This document shows positions 21,574 through 34,830 of a stretch of DNA of 64,000 nt, piece after piece. Made by a program: the position numbers and the translations under genes. The stretch's first letter is position 1. Every line of letters begins with the position of its first letter. This stretch comes from Octopus sinensis (Eukaryota). The stretch spans positions 58,342,001 through 58,406,000 of the forward strand of contig NC_043002.1 of NCBI RefSeq assembly GCF_006345805.1, read 5' to 3'. The notes below the pieces were generated by a model, which saw only the letters and a list, made by a program, of their open reading frames with translations, had not been told where the DNA came from and ran no database searches.

Positions 21574-23745
21574 TTACTTGAAGCCTTTGACGAAGTGGAA
21601 GGGGGTATAGCTACACATGGGGTAGAAGACAACTGGACGTTTCTGAGGGACAACCTGCTGAAAGCCGCTGACCAGATCTGTGGCTGGTGCAAAGTCCCCT
21701 TAAGACCCAAAATAACATGGTGGTGGAACAATATTGTTGTAGGGCTATTAGACAAAAGAAACAGGCTTGGAAGGCCTGGAAGAACGGTGGTAGCAGGGAA
21801 ATGTATCAGACTGCCAGAAGGGAAGCTAGGAGACAGGTCTATCTAGCCAGAGGGGAAGCAGATAAAAGAAAATTTGCCAATGTCCTGCGCCGTGATGAAA
21901 GACTTGAGGTATTTCGTGTTGCAAGACAGTGTGTGAGAGAAAATCGAGATGTGGTAGGAGAGAAATGTGTTCGCATGGAGGATGGTTCACTTGCGTTAAA
22001 TGAGGATGCAAAGAGAGAAGCTTGGAGACGCCACTATGAAAGGTTGCTGAATGAGGAAAATGAATGGGATAAAAGAGAGTCTGCCGAATGTTGACCCAAC
22101 AGAGGGACCAGCTATCCGAGTTGATAGTTCCGTGGTAGCTAAGGCAATTAGAAGCATGAAGACAGGGAAAGCCCAGGCCCATCAGGAATTACTGCAGAGA
22201 TGCTCAAAATATCTGGTAGTGTCGGCTATAGCATAGTCTCCCGTATAGTTAACCAGGTGATACACGAAGGAGTCATACCCAGGACTGTGTAGCAGCATAA
22301 TAGTCAACTGCTACAAAGGTAAAGGCGATGCCCTAGATACAAATAACTACAGAAGCATCAAGCTGTTGGATCAGGTAATGAAGGTTACGGAGAGGGTTAT
22401 AGCCCAGTTAATTAGAGAGAGAGTAGCTTAGATGATATGGCAGTTTGGTTCGTGCCAGGGAAAAGTACTACTGATGCTATATTCCTGGTAAGACAGCTGC
22501 AGGAGAAATACCTAGCCAAAGGTAAAGCCCTTGTACCTGCTTTTGTTGACTTAGAGAAAGCCTTTGACAGGGTCCCCCGATCCCTTATCTGGTGGTCAAT
22601 GAGGAAACTAGGGATAGATGAATGGTTAGTGAGAGCTGTGCGAGCCATGTACAGAGACGCAGCTAGTAAGGTGAGGGTTGGCAACGAGTACAGTGAAGAA
22701 TTCCGGGTAGAGGTTGGGGTCCACCAAGGTTCAGTCCTCAGCCCCCTCCTATTTATCATAGTCCTCCAGGCAATAACGGAAGAATTTAAGACAGGATGCC
22801 CCTGGGAGCTCCTCTATGCTGATGACCTTGCTCTAATTGCTGAGTCACTATCAGAACTGGAGGAGAAGTTTCAGGTGTGGAAACAAGGATTAGAATCGAA
22901 GGGCCTTAGAATCAACCTAGCCAAAACCAAGTCCTAATAAGTAGGAAGGTGGACCAACCACAAACGACTTCAGGTAGATGGCCCTGCTCGATCTGTAAAA
23001 AAGGTGTAGATAGAAACTCTATAAGGTGCACCAAGTGTAAGCTATGGACACATAAGAGGTGCAGCAATGTCAAGGAAGGCTAACTAAGAAAATAGTTTTT
23101 GTCTGTGGCAGATGCTCAGGAGAAATAAACACTGGAAATGTGCAGAGTCCAACTTCTACCACGTTCCAGGGAGACAAACTAGAAGTAGTTGATAGCTTCC
23201 GCTACCTAGGAGACCAAGTCAGTAGCGGGGGTGGGTGTGCTGAAAGCGTAACTGCTAGAGTAAGAATAGCCTGGGCAAAGTTTAGAGAGCTCTTACCCCT
23301 GCTGGTGACAAAGGTCTCTCGCTAAGAGTAAAAGGCAGACTATATGATGCGTGTGTACGTACAGCCATGCTACATGGTAGTGAAACATGGGCCGTGACAG
23401 CTGAGGATATGCGTAAGCTTGCAAGAAATGAAGCCAGTATGCTCCGATGGATGTGTAATGTCAGTGTTCATAATCGTCAGAGTGTAAGTACTTTGAGAGA
23501 AAAGTGAACCTAAAAGTGTCAGTTGTGGTGTGCAAGAGAGACGGCTGCGCTGGTATGGTCATGTGACGAGAATGGCTGAAGATAGTTGTGTGCAAAAGTG
23601 CTACACCCTAGCAGTTGAGGGAACCTGTGGAAGAGGTAGACCCAGGAAAACTGGGACGAGGTGGTGAAGCACGACCTTCGAACTTTAGGTCTCACCAAGG
23701 AATGACTGAAGACCGAGTCCTATGGAATGTGCTGTGCATGAGAGG
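21574..23745 (+). pseudogene. 5'-truncated, frameshifted RTE-clade LINE reverse transcriptase
   Basis: Motifs TWWWN, KTGKA, YKGKGD, GKSTTDAIF, FVDLEKAFDRVP, GVHQGSVLSPLLF, YADD (22815-22826), FRYLG, LYDACVRTAMLHGSETW. Confidence 0.93.
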
Positions 23746-25770
23746 ACCCGGCAGGACTAGTCAGGCCATATCCCGTGGCCCCTACCTGGGACGTAGTCGA
23801 TCCACCTTGCATACCTTCCTTCTTGTGACACTTGTGAAGACCTGCTGAGGCAAGTGAAAATCAATCAAAATAGATGAACATCAATGAATTTGTATCTTTG
23901 TGGTACCAGTGCCTGTGGAACACAAGAAAACCATCCGAACGTGGCCGTAGCCAGTACCGCATCGACTGGCCTCCGTGCTGTGGGAACATGGTGGCACATA
24001 AAACACCATCCGAAGACCCGGCAAGACTAGTCAGGTCATAACCCGTGGGCCCTACCTGGGACGTAGTCAGTCCACCTGTACATACCTTCCGACTTGTGAA
24101 GACTGCTGAGGCAAGTGAAAATCAAAATCAAATCAAAACAAATCAAAATAGATGAACATCAATGGAATTTGTATCCTTGTGGTACCAGTGCCAGTGGCAC
24201 ACAAGAATCCATCCGAACGTGGCCGTAGTCAGTACCGCTTGTGGTACCAGTGCCGGTGGCACACAAGAATCCATCCGAACGTGGCCGTAGTCAGTACCGC
24301 TTGTGGTACCAGTGCCGGTGGCACACAAGAATCCATCCGAACGTGGCCGTAGTCAGTACCGCATCACTGGCCATCGTGCTGTGGGCACATAACAAACACC
24401 ATCCGGTCGTGGCCGTTCGCCAGCCTCATCTAGCACCAGTGTCGGTGGCACATAAAAACACCTTCCGAAGACCCGGCAAGACTAGTCAGGCCATAAACCA
24501 TGGCCCCTACCTGGGACGTAGTCAGTCCACCTGTGCATACCTTCCTCCTTGTGATACTTGTGAAGGCCTGTTGAGGCAAGTGAAAATCAAAATCAAATCA
24601 AAACAAATCAAAATAGATGAACATCAATGGAATCTTCCTTCTTGTGACACTTGTGAAGACCTGTTGAGGCAAGTGAAAATCAAATCAAAACAAATCAAAA
24701 TAGATGAACATCAATGGAATCTGTATCTTTGTGGTACCAGTGCCGGTGGCACACACTTTGTGGTACCAGTGCCGGTGGCACACATGAGAACCATCCGAAC
24801 GTGGCCGTAGCCAGTTCCGCATCGACCGGCCTCCGTGCTGTGGGCACGTAACAAACACCATCCGATCATGGCCGTTCGCCAGCCTCATCTGGCACCTGTG
24901 TCGGTGGCACATAAAAACACCTTCCGAAGACCCGGCAAGACTAGTCAGTCCACCTGTGCATACCTTCCTTCTTGTGACACTTCTGAAGACCGGTTGAGGC
25001 AAGTGAAAATCAAAATCAAAATCAAAATCAAATCAAAATAGACAAAATAGATGAACATCAATGGAATTTGTATCTTGTGGTACCAGTGCCTGTGGCACAC
25101 AAGAATCCATCAGTGCCGTAGTCAGTGCGGTGGGCACATGACAAACACCATCCGATCGTGGCCGTTCGCCAGCCTCATCTAGCACCTGTGTCGGTGGCAC
25201 ATAAAAACACCATCCGAAGACCCGGCAAGACTAGTCAGGCCATAACCCATGGCCCCTACCTGGGACGTAGTCAGTCCACCTGTGCATACCTTCCTTCTTG
25301 TGACACTTGTGAAGACCTGTTGAGGCAAGTGAAAATCAAATCAAAACAAATCAAAATAGATGACATCAATGGAATTTGTATCTTTGTGGCACGTGGCACA
25401 TAAGAAAACCATCCGAACGTGGCCGTAGCCAGTACCGCATCGACTGGCCTCCGTGCTGTGGGCACGTAACAAGCACCATCCGATCGTGGCCGTTTGCCAG
25501 CCTCATAAAAACACCATCCGAGCGTGGCCGTCTGCCAGCCTCGTCTGGCACCTGTGTCGGTGGCACATAAAAACACCATCCGAGCGTGGCCGTCTGCCAG
25601 CCTCGTCTGGCACCTGTGTCGGTGGCACATAAAAACACCATCCGAGCGTGGCCGTCTGCCAGCCTCGTCTGGCACCTGTGTCGGTGGTGGCACATAAAAA
25701 CACCATCCGAGCGTGGCCGTTTGCCAGCCTCGTCTGGCACCTGTGTCGGTGGCACATAAAATCACCCACT
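23740..25770 (+). repeat. Hierarchical tandem array in the LINE 3' region (five 270-460-bp units built from ~60-bp modules)
   Basis: gacccggca(a/g)gactag recurs near 23743, 24015, 24470, 24928, 25218; 60-bp x3 at 24175-24355; 62-bp x4 at 25505-25760. Confidence 0.9.
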
Positions 25771-25935
25771 ACACTCTCGGAGTGGTTGGCGTTAGGAAGG
25801 GCATCCAGCTGTAGAAACACTGCCAGATCTGACTGGACTGGTGCAGCTTTCGGGCTCCCCAGACCCCAGTTGAACCGTCCAACCCATGCTAGCATGGAAA
25901 GCGGACGTTAATTGATGATGATGATGATGATGATG
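25770..25935 (+). mobile_element. RTE-type 3' tail ending in (GAT)n; the same tail occurs in more than 15 short dispersed copies (e.g. 17870-18030, 19960-20110, 21032-21300 rc, 29060-29235, 48915-49130 rc, 58835-59280 rc)
   Basis: cacccactacactctcggagtggttggcgttaggaagggcatccagctgtagaaac...catggaaagcggacgttaa(gat)n. Confidence 0.9.
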
Positions 25936-28900
25936 ATTCACCTACAGCATCATCATCATAAACTTCACAAATGTTTTCGGAAGTCTTTGTAGCATTTTTT
26001 TTTTTAAAGAAGTGCATTACAATGCAAATATAAAATTTTTGGTTGACTATTTCAAATGTCAATAAAGGGTAACCAGAAGGCAGAAACAGCATGCCAGGTG
26101 AAATGCTTAGCAGTATTTCATCTGTCTTTATGTTCTGAGTTCAAATTCCACCATGGTTGACTTTGCCTTTCATCCTTTCAGGGTCAATAAATTAAGTACC
26201 AGTTGCGTACTGGGGTCGATCTAATCAACTGGCCCCCTCCCCAAAATTTGTGCCTAGAGTAGAAAAGAATAAAGGGTGACCAGAATGAAAGATAAATCTA
26301 TTTTTAGGTAGCAACAAAGACAAGATGCACTACCACTTGAAGCAATGCCAAAGCTTTGACTGTTACATTTCAGGTGTGTTCAATGAAGCATTAAAAGATT
26401 TAGCTTAAAAATGCTGAGAACTTTCTGAATAACCTAATATTTTATGTACCAAACACCAGCTTACTAATGACAAACTGGATAAATTCTGGGTATTTAAAAA
26501 ATTAAGTGAAATGAAGACTGTTTTTCAACAGGATTCATCATAAATGACATCTGTTTTCCATGCTGGAATGGGCTGGATGGTTTCACAGGAGCACCATAAA
26601 AAACAGATGTTAAATGATGATGGTGAGGCTGGGAGCCACACCAGGATCCAGTCGTCTGTTTTAGCATGGTCTCTGCAGCTGGATACCCTTCCTAACACCA
26701 AAGACTACAGAGTGGACTGGGTAATGTTTATGTGGCACCAACTCTGACAGGGTCAATAAGTAATGCAAGACAAAGGTTGGCTGGCTTCATGCCAGTTGAG
26801 AGATTAGAGGGACAGGGATATAGTTGATGCTTGGAACCTAAATTAACTTTAAATTTTGATAATTTTAAAATGGAAAGCTTACATCCTAGAACCAGGAGTG
26901 TTTTCAAGAAGGAGTTGAACTGGGGGTGAATCTAAGAATAGAAACGTCAATTGGATAATTGTATTTGTAGGCTATTGATAAACAATGTAAGGAGTGGGGT
27001 TGAAAATTGATGGACCCTATTCATGGATTGTTTTTGAGAAATATTTCTCTCTGCACAATGTATCACTTAACCCTCTCAAACTTGGGCCCCTGTATTTAAC
27101 TTTACTTGGATTCCCGAGCAGAATAAATAGCTGCATCTGCAGCTCAAGAGTTACAATTACAGGAAAACTAATGGACAGAATCAAAAATATTCAGGAGAGT
27201 AACAGTAATAGGCCTGTTTCTTAAGGCAGCGAAGCCATACCAGCATGGAAAGTGGATGTGAAACAATGATGATGATTATATAAATATATATGATGGGCCT
27301 ACTACAGTTTCCATCTACCAAACTAACTCACAAGGCTTTGGTCAGCCTGAGGCTATAGTAGAAGACACTTGCACAAGGTGCCACGCAGTGGAACTGAACT
27401 GAAGACCATGTGGTTGGGAAGCAGATTTCTTACCACAAAGCCACAGCAGTGACATGGTTAAACTTTTCAAAGCCTTTACCAAAATTAAGGCTATACCTAG
27501 ACATCTTTCATCTAGATTGTAGATACATCAGAATTTGGATTTGCCAGACAGTTTCCTCTGCAACGGAAACCATATTGCATGGGAGTTCTTGAAATAAACC
27601 TCTCTCTATCTGGAGAGTCTATTATTGTTCTGTATATGGTACAAGGTTCAGTCCCACTCTGTGGCACCTTGTGCTTAGTATTTTCCACTATACATCCAAA
27701 CTGAAAGAAGCCAGTTATATAATATATATATATATATCTTGCTTACCAACCACATGGTTCTGGGTTCAGTCACACTGCAAGGCACCTTGTGTAAGTGTTT
27801 TCTACCATAGCCCCGGGGCAACCAAAGCCTTGTGAGTGGATTTGGTAGATGGAAACTGAAAGAAGCCTGTCGTGTATATATATATATGTTTGTGTTTGTC
27901 CCTCCAACTTCGCTTGACAACTGATGCTGGTGTGTTTACGTCCCCATCACTTAGCGGTTCAGCAAGAGAGACCGATAGAATCTGGGGTCGATTTGCCCGA
28001 CTTAAGGCGATGCTCCAGCATGGCCACAGCCAAATAACTGACACAAATAAAAGAATATATATATATACTGTTGTGTCTGGGGAAGAGTCATTCTCTTTTA
28101 GTGCCTTATCATTTAACACACTCACCAGTAAACTTTCCACTCATTTCCTTCTTTATTTTTCTAAAATTTTTGTTGCGTCTTGCAACCTTTTCAATAGTTT
28201 TGACTCTAGCTCCACCTAGCAATAAGGCTCTCCTTTAATATATACAAAGGTATCTTGGCTTCTTAAAAAATGTAATGGAGTCTCTTTTATGATAAATAAC
28301 CAGTTTTTGCTACCTTAGAGACACCAATTCAATGGAAAAAATAGATGGGTTTTGAGATTTAAATTTGGTAATTTTCCAAGATTTTAAAACTCTTGGGCCT
28401 GCTAAAATTGAAGTACCCCAGGCCCCTCATGGTTTAAATCTGGTCCTGCATGGCCTGAATTTAGTAGTAGTCACTGAGCTTATCAGTATTGTGTGGTTAC
28501 TGAAGGGCTGTTGTCAACCTGTTTTGAATGTGTAGACGTAGTGGAATGGTGACTCTGCAACTGTTAAAGTAGCTGCCATTTTAAAAGGATACCTGTACAC
28601 CTGGAGAACTACATCACTTAGAAATAATTGTAGCGATTAAAAAATAAATTCAACGATATTCCTTCTTGTTGACTCCAATTTTTTTAATTATATATCCATG
28701 TAAGTGAGACCATAACCCGTGGCCTATGCCAGCCCACTCATGCGTACCTTTCCTTCGTTGGACACTAGGCAAGTGAAATCGAAATTGAATTAAATTCAGT
28801 GACTGGCACCCGTGCCAGCGGAGCACCATCCAAGTATGATCGTTGCCAGAGCAGCTGACTGGCTTCCATGCTGGTGGCACATAAAAAGCACCAATTGCAG

Positions 28901-30270
28901 TGTTGCCATACTGGCACTTGTGCCGGTGGTACATGAAAAAACATTTGAGCGAGGTCATTGCCAGTGCCGCTGGACTGGTTCCTGTGCAGATGGCACGTAA
29001 AAAACACCATTTAAGCGTGGCCGTTGACAGTACCGCCTGACTGGCCCACGTGCCGGTGGCACATAAAAGCACCCACTACACTCTCAGAGTGGTTGGCATT
29101 AGGAAGGGCATCCAGCTGTAGAAACTCTGCCAGATCAGATTGGAGCCTATGCAACCATCTGGTTCGCCAGCCCTCAGTCAAATCGTCCAACCCATGCTAG
29201 AATGAAAAGCGGACGTTAAACAATAATGATGATGTAGTTCCACCAGTGCCAGCATGGAAGGCAGACATTAAACTATGATGATGATGTATGTATTGTGTTT
29301 GTCCCTCACAACTTGACAACCTGTGTTGGTGTTTATGTCCCCTTAACTTTGAGGGTTCAGCAAAAAAGACTGATACAGTAAGTACCAGGATTCAAAAAAT
29401 AAAGTACTGGGGTTGGTTCCTTCGACTAAAAAATTCTTCATCATGATGCCCCAGCATGGGCCAACTGAATAAGTACCTGGCTTTAAGGAAAAAAAAAAAA
29501 AAAGAGGAACTGTGGTCAATTCATTGAGCTAAAATTCATCGAAGCAGTGCTCCAGCATGACCACAGTCAAATAACAAACAATATATGTAATATGATGATG
29601 GTGGTATTATGTATAGCAATAAGATGGCGAGCTGGCAGAAACGTTAGCACGCCAGGCGAAATGCTTAGCGGTATTTCATCTGCCATTACGTTCTGGGTTC
29701 AAATTCTGCCAAGGTCGACTTTGCCTTTCATCCTTTCAAGGTTGATTAAATAAGTACAAGTTACACACTGAGGTCAATGTAATTGACTTAATCCCTTTGT
29801 CTGTCCTCACTGTCCCCTCTATGTTTAGCCCCCTGTTGGCAATAAAGAAATATATATGTATAGTAATATCGTGTGTTACCAAATGCCTGTTATCTTTGTC
29901 TTCACATCTCTACCCACTGATTGAAAGCAAAACGTCATTCTAAACAAAAGGTCTCATTTATTTGTAGAGCACTTCACAAGCCTCTTGACCTGAGCATGCA
30001 GACCTAACAAAAATGTCATTGATCATACAAACAGTCCAACATAATATTGTATTAATAGATAAACTTTTTTAAATAATCATACTTTATATATTTATACATC
30101 TATCCATTAATACAATATTATTTTGGACGTATATCTTCTGTGATGATTTTTTGATGTAATTTTTCCTGCTCTTATTTTATATTATAATTGCTCTTCTATA
30201 TATGTAAGTATGTATTGTGTGTGTAGCTTTGTGTTTTTCCCTCACCACAATATATAATATATAATCACTC

Positions 30271-30500
30271 CATAATTGCCCACGGGCATATGGCATACTG
30301 GTTAAGAGCGCGGGCTACTAACTCCAAGATTCTGAGTTTAATTCCAAGCAGTGACCTGAATAATAATATCGAAAAATAACTTAGGAATGAGAACCCAGGT
30401 ACGAAATTTCCCCAAGACTCCTGATGAAGGCTGGAGGGTATATCAGCCGAAACGTATTAACAACAAGATGAGGACAAATATCCGTCAAATGTAAATAATG
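30271..30500 (+). mobile_element. TSD-flanked 230-bp PLE-derived element: tRNA-like head plus hammerhead plus tail
   Basis: Target duplication TATAATCACTC at 30260-30270 and 30501-30511; head matches 2232-2320. Confidence 0.8.
30415..30460 (+). ncRNA. Minimal hammerhead ribozyme core (stem I degenerate in this copy)
   Basis: CTGATGA A GGCTG GAGGGTATAT CAGCC GAAA CGTA: 5-bp stem II, palindromic ACGT stem III, GUA site. Confidence 0.7.
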
Positions 30501-31940
30501 TATAATCACTCTTATCAAATGTTAAAATACCTTTACTGTTTTAGACATTTCCCAACCAAGAGTACTTATTAGAAATTCAGTATTTTGTATTCTTATTGAA
30601 TATATTTGATTAATGATATACACACATACATATATATATATGAAATAAGGATAAAAATCATGTTAATGATTACTATCAGGTAGTCAGCATGGAAATGAGC
30701 AATTTATATATTCAATTAATAATTTAATATATATATATATACAGGCACAGGAGTGGCTGTGTGTTAAGTAGCTTGCTTACCAACTACATGGTTCTGGGTT
30801 GTCCCACTGTGTGGCACCTTGGGCAAGTGTCTTCTACTATAGCCTCAGGCTGACCAAAGCCTTGAGAGTGGATTTGGTAGACGGATACTGAAAGAAGCCC
30901 GTCGTATATATATATATATGTTTGTGTGTCTGTGTTTGTTCCCCACTTGACAACCGATGCTGGTGTGTTTATGTCCCCATCACTTAGCAGTTCGGCAAGA
31001 GAACCGATAGAATAAGTACTAGGCTTACAAAGAATAAGTCCTGGGGTCAATTTGTTCGACTAAAGGTGGTGCCCCAGCATGACCACTGTCAAATGACTGA
31101 AACAAATAAAAGAATATATATATATATACACACAATTATTTTAAGGGAGAAAGTCAAAACAAGACTCATCTCTTCCATACTGAATAAATGTACAATGTTA
31201 CAGCTGTTTCCATACCCATATCCATCAAAATGAAACTAGCAAAATTAGATGCTGACATCCCTTTAAGAAGATTTTATATCCTTGATTTAATTGAATTATA
31301 TATATATATATAGGCACAGGAGTGGCTGTGTGGTAAGTAGCTTGTTTACCAACCACATGGTTCCAGGTTCAGTCCCACTGCATGGCACCTTGGGCAGGTG
31401 TCTTCTACTATAGCCTCGGGCCGACCAAAGCCTTGTGAGTGGATTTGGTAGACGGAAACTGAAAGAAGCCCGTCGTATATATATATATATATGCATGTGT
31501 GTGTTTGTCCCCCCTAGCATTGCTTGACAACCGATGCTGGTTACTTAACAGTTCGGCAAAAGAGACCGATAGAATAAGTACTGGGCTTACAAAAGAATAA
31601 ATCCCGGGGTCGAGTTGCTCGATTAAAGGCGGTGCTCCAGCATGGCCGCAGTCAAATGACTGAAACAAGATATATATATATGTATGTACTTTCGTGCAAT
31701 GCTGTAGGAATGTATTTGAGTAACTTAACAAAATTTAAGGTATGAATGAATTCAGTTTAGCTTTAACCTCCCCATTCTTATAAACACCAAGTAGCTATTT
31801 AACTTGCTATGTGAATGTATGCACACCAAACCACATGTCTGCATATGCCTACATATGGATGATTGTATGAGCAAGTGTACATGTGCCATACAACTTACAC
31901 GAGCACATTTATACATCCATATCCATCAACAGTTATTTAA

Positions 31941-31971
<31 letters not shown>

Positions 31972-32454
31972 GGCTTGAGAAGAGTAATCAAGACAAGTGA
32001 AATGGTAGTCATAGCCATTGCCATGTGAATGGACTTGTGAAATTCTAAATGTCAGCCTTGCTGGTTGCATGATCTGCGAATGTCAGGCCTCATGAAGGCG
32101 ATGACAAGTGACCAAGACGTTTGGCGTTATGCTGCGCTTGAGAAGACTTGTCAAGCCAAGTGAAATCATAGTTGTGGCCATTTGTGGTGTCATATAAATG
32201 ACACCCATGTCGGTGGCACATAAAAAGTACCCATTACACTTTCAAAATGGTTGGCATTAGGAAGGGCATCCAGCTGTAGAAAACCATACCAAATCAGACT
32301 GGAACCCGGTGCAGCCCTCTGGCTTGCCAGTTTTCAGTCAAACCGTCCAACCCATGCCAGCATGGAAAGCAGATGTTAAATGATGAAAATGAGGATGAGA
32401 CTATGCACATATAGCTGTATGTAAAGTTAAAATTTTCAGTCACGTAGAGTAATA

Positions 32455-32830
32455 AAAATATCAGAACTTAGTCAGTGAGGTCTTTGTTAAGGGTTGGTAT
32501 GCAGACTCATTCCCTACTGAAGTTAGCGGCTGCAGCTTTTCGCCTCAATCAGTGCACTATTTTCTGCAGGAGCTAGGTCTGGAGCCCAGACAACAGAAGA
32601 AAGCCATCAAGAAAATAAGCACAGCAGGTGAAACTGTCTCAAGGTGGTTAAGGTTGATAAGAGACAACATAGGTGAAGACTAGGTCAGTCCTTGCTGTCC
32701 CACTCAACGAAGTGTCTAGGCTAAGGGGTGAAATGCTTGTGAACATGAGATACCGGCTGATGACATGAATAGATTTCTAGCATTGCAATAGATTTAGAAA
32801 AGCATCCGAGTAGCTCCTGCAGTTTCTTCA
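32455..32830 (+). mobile_element. HERO-like (RLE-type) LINE 3' fragment
   Basis: KYQNLVSEVFVKGWYADSFPTEVSGCSFSPQSVHYFLQELGLEPRQQKKAIKKISTAGETVSRWLRLIR resembles the PxEVGCRGF...AIxxxSxAAExxSRWLW C-terminus. Confidence 0.7.
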
Positions 32831-32903
32831 TGGAGCAAAGCATCTCACTTATATACCAGGAAAAAAAAAGAAAACAGAACTTTAAACATGAATGTGAGTG
32901 TGC

Positions 32904-32935
<32 letters not shown>

Positions 32936-33475
32936 ATCTTAATATTTGGCCTCAAGCCAACCAAAGCCTTGTGAGTGGATTTGGCAGACAGAAACTGAAA
33001 GAAGCCCGTTGTGTGTGTATATATATATATATGCGTATTTGTGTTTGTCCTCCTACGATCACTTGACAACTGATGCTGGTGTGATTATGTTCCCGTAGCT
33101 TAGCAGTTCAGCAAAAGAGTCCGATAGAATAAACACTAGGATTATAAAGAACAAGTCCTGGGGTCGATTTGTTTGATTAAAGGTGGTGCTCCAGCATTGC
33201 CGCAGTGAAATAACAAAACAAGCAAAAGAAATAAAAGAAAAGTGCAGGAAATACAAGTCAAGTCTTCGTTAGTTTTTGGTTTTTTTTTTTTCCAAGTTAT
33301 TTATTTGTTGTGATATCTCGTTACAAAATATCTGTTACAATAGAGGGAATATGAAAGAAAAAAAAAATGAATAAGAAAGTCACATGATCACAGAAATGAA
33401 TACAAGAGTAAACAACTTGACAGGCCTTTTAATGAAATAATGATGAATCCTAAAAATGAAAGGGGTAGTGGGGAC

Positions 33476-33512
<37 letters not shown>

Positions 33513-33698
33513 GGGGCAGCATCTAGAGAGGCGACATGGGAACTGGAAAATGTAAAAAAAAAAAAAATAAATAATTAAAAGTTGGTGAGAGAATATGGAA
33601 GCAAGCAAGCTCCATAATTAGCTAATTAATTAACTGTTAAAGCAATTTGGAAATTAAAGTGTTGCTGTTGTTGTTGTTATCAAAACTTGGTGGAAGCC

Positions 33699-33760
33699 TT
33701 ATTGTATGTGGAATATTTCTGAGAAATGAAAGGAAGCTTGCAGGAATTCAGTTATGTTCT
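33699..33760 (-). CDS. Candidate terminal exon (E-NITEFLQASFHFSEIFHIQ*)
   Basis: Acceptor ccatcttggcttacag, phase 1, TAA stop; an AATAAA lies on the minus strand near 33300. Confidence 0.35.
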
Positions 33761-34321
33761 CTGTAAGCCAAGATGGAATGACAGCAATGAAGGCATTATT
33801 TAATAGCTTAGAATTTTCGCTTATAATGTTGGGCTGTCCAATGAATTCATTCATTTTCATTTTTTTTTCACCCCCACCAGCCATTTTTATTTCAACCTTT
33901 TCCAATACTATTTGAATTAACACAAAAATATTTTTATGTGTTTGTGTGTGCGCGCATATATATATATACATATATATATACACATATATATACATCTTAA
34001 TATTTGGCAGAAGTAACAGAGCAACTCAATGGCCGAAACACAAAACTCTCCAATGTCGAGTCCCTATGTTAATTACGTTAAATATTGGTATCAAATTTTT
34101 GCACAAGGCCAGCTATTTGTAGGGGAGGGGACAAGTTGATTACATCGACCCCAGTACTTAACTGGTACTTGCTTTATCAACCCTGAAAGAATGAGAGGCA
34201 AAGTCGACCTCAGCGGAATTTTGAACTCAGAATGTAAAGACATGAAATGTTGCTAAGCAGTTCATCTGGAATGGTAACAATTCTACCAGCTTGCTGCCTT
34301 ACTTCTGCCATATAGAAATAT

Positions 34322-34372
<51 letters not shown>

Positions 34373-34770
34373 CAATAATAATTCTCTAAATGTATATATA
34401 TATACACACACACACATATATATTACGGGATTTTTGTAGCTATTCCCTTACAATTTTTGCTTGCCAGTTTTGTAATTTGAATAAATTTTACCTCTTTTCA
34501 AACAAATGATGATGGAGGGGCAAATACAGAAAAAGAAACGAAGAACCAATGAATTTATCTGACAACCCGATATAAATTTTGAATCATTTGATAAAAATGA
34601 CTTTTTTTAAAAAACTAAATAGGCAGTGTTGTTTTTTGTTGTATTTGTTTTTCTTATATGATGTAAAGAGATAGTCATAGCTCTAAAAATTAGTTTTATA
34701 TATTTATATATATTTCAGTGACATGAATTCTAGTGGTCAACAGGTTTTCTTATCTCCACCTTCCTATTAC

Positions 34771-34830
34771 CTTTAAAAGAGACGACCGTTTGCTTTCTTT
34801 TAGTAAGAGTTAGTTTGCGTTTAATAAAGA
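34771..34830 (-). CDS. Candidate exon (V-FIKRKLTLTKRKQTVVSFK)
   Basis: Acceptor tttttctgccgcag, donor AAG|GTAATA; 60 nt, phase 1-1. Confidence 0.55.

Larger units (their letters stand above)
21000..26437 (-). mobile_element. Mariner element interrupted by three insertions
   Basis: TIRs TTAGGTTGTCTGGAAAGTTTTGAGCATT (21000) and reverse complement TTAGGTTATTCAGAAAGTTCTCAGCATT (26437), TA flanks; transposase pieces ...KNATKTSENICEVYDDDAVGES (26060-25936) and SVQKWFENF/LEDDSHSERPYKLDEDVLKVKIEENTNITTRELTEKLEVSKS (21573-21365). Confidence 0.85.

Noticed and set aside
24175-25760. CRISPR-like regularly spaced repeats
   Set aside because: Eukaryotic context, no unique spacers; plain tandem repeats.
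24143-25911. Long overlapping ORFs up to 189 aa
   Set aside because: Stop-poor frames of the tandem array; open on both strands, no domain signal.
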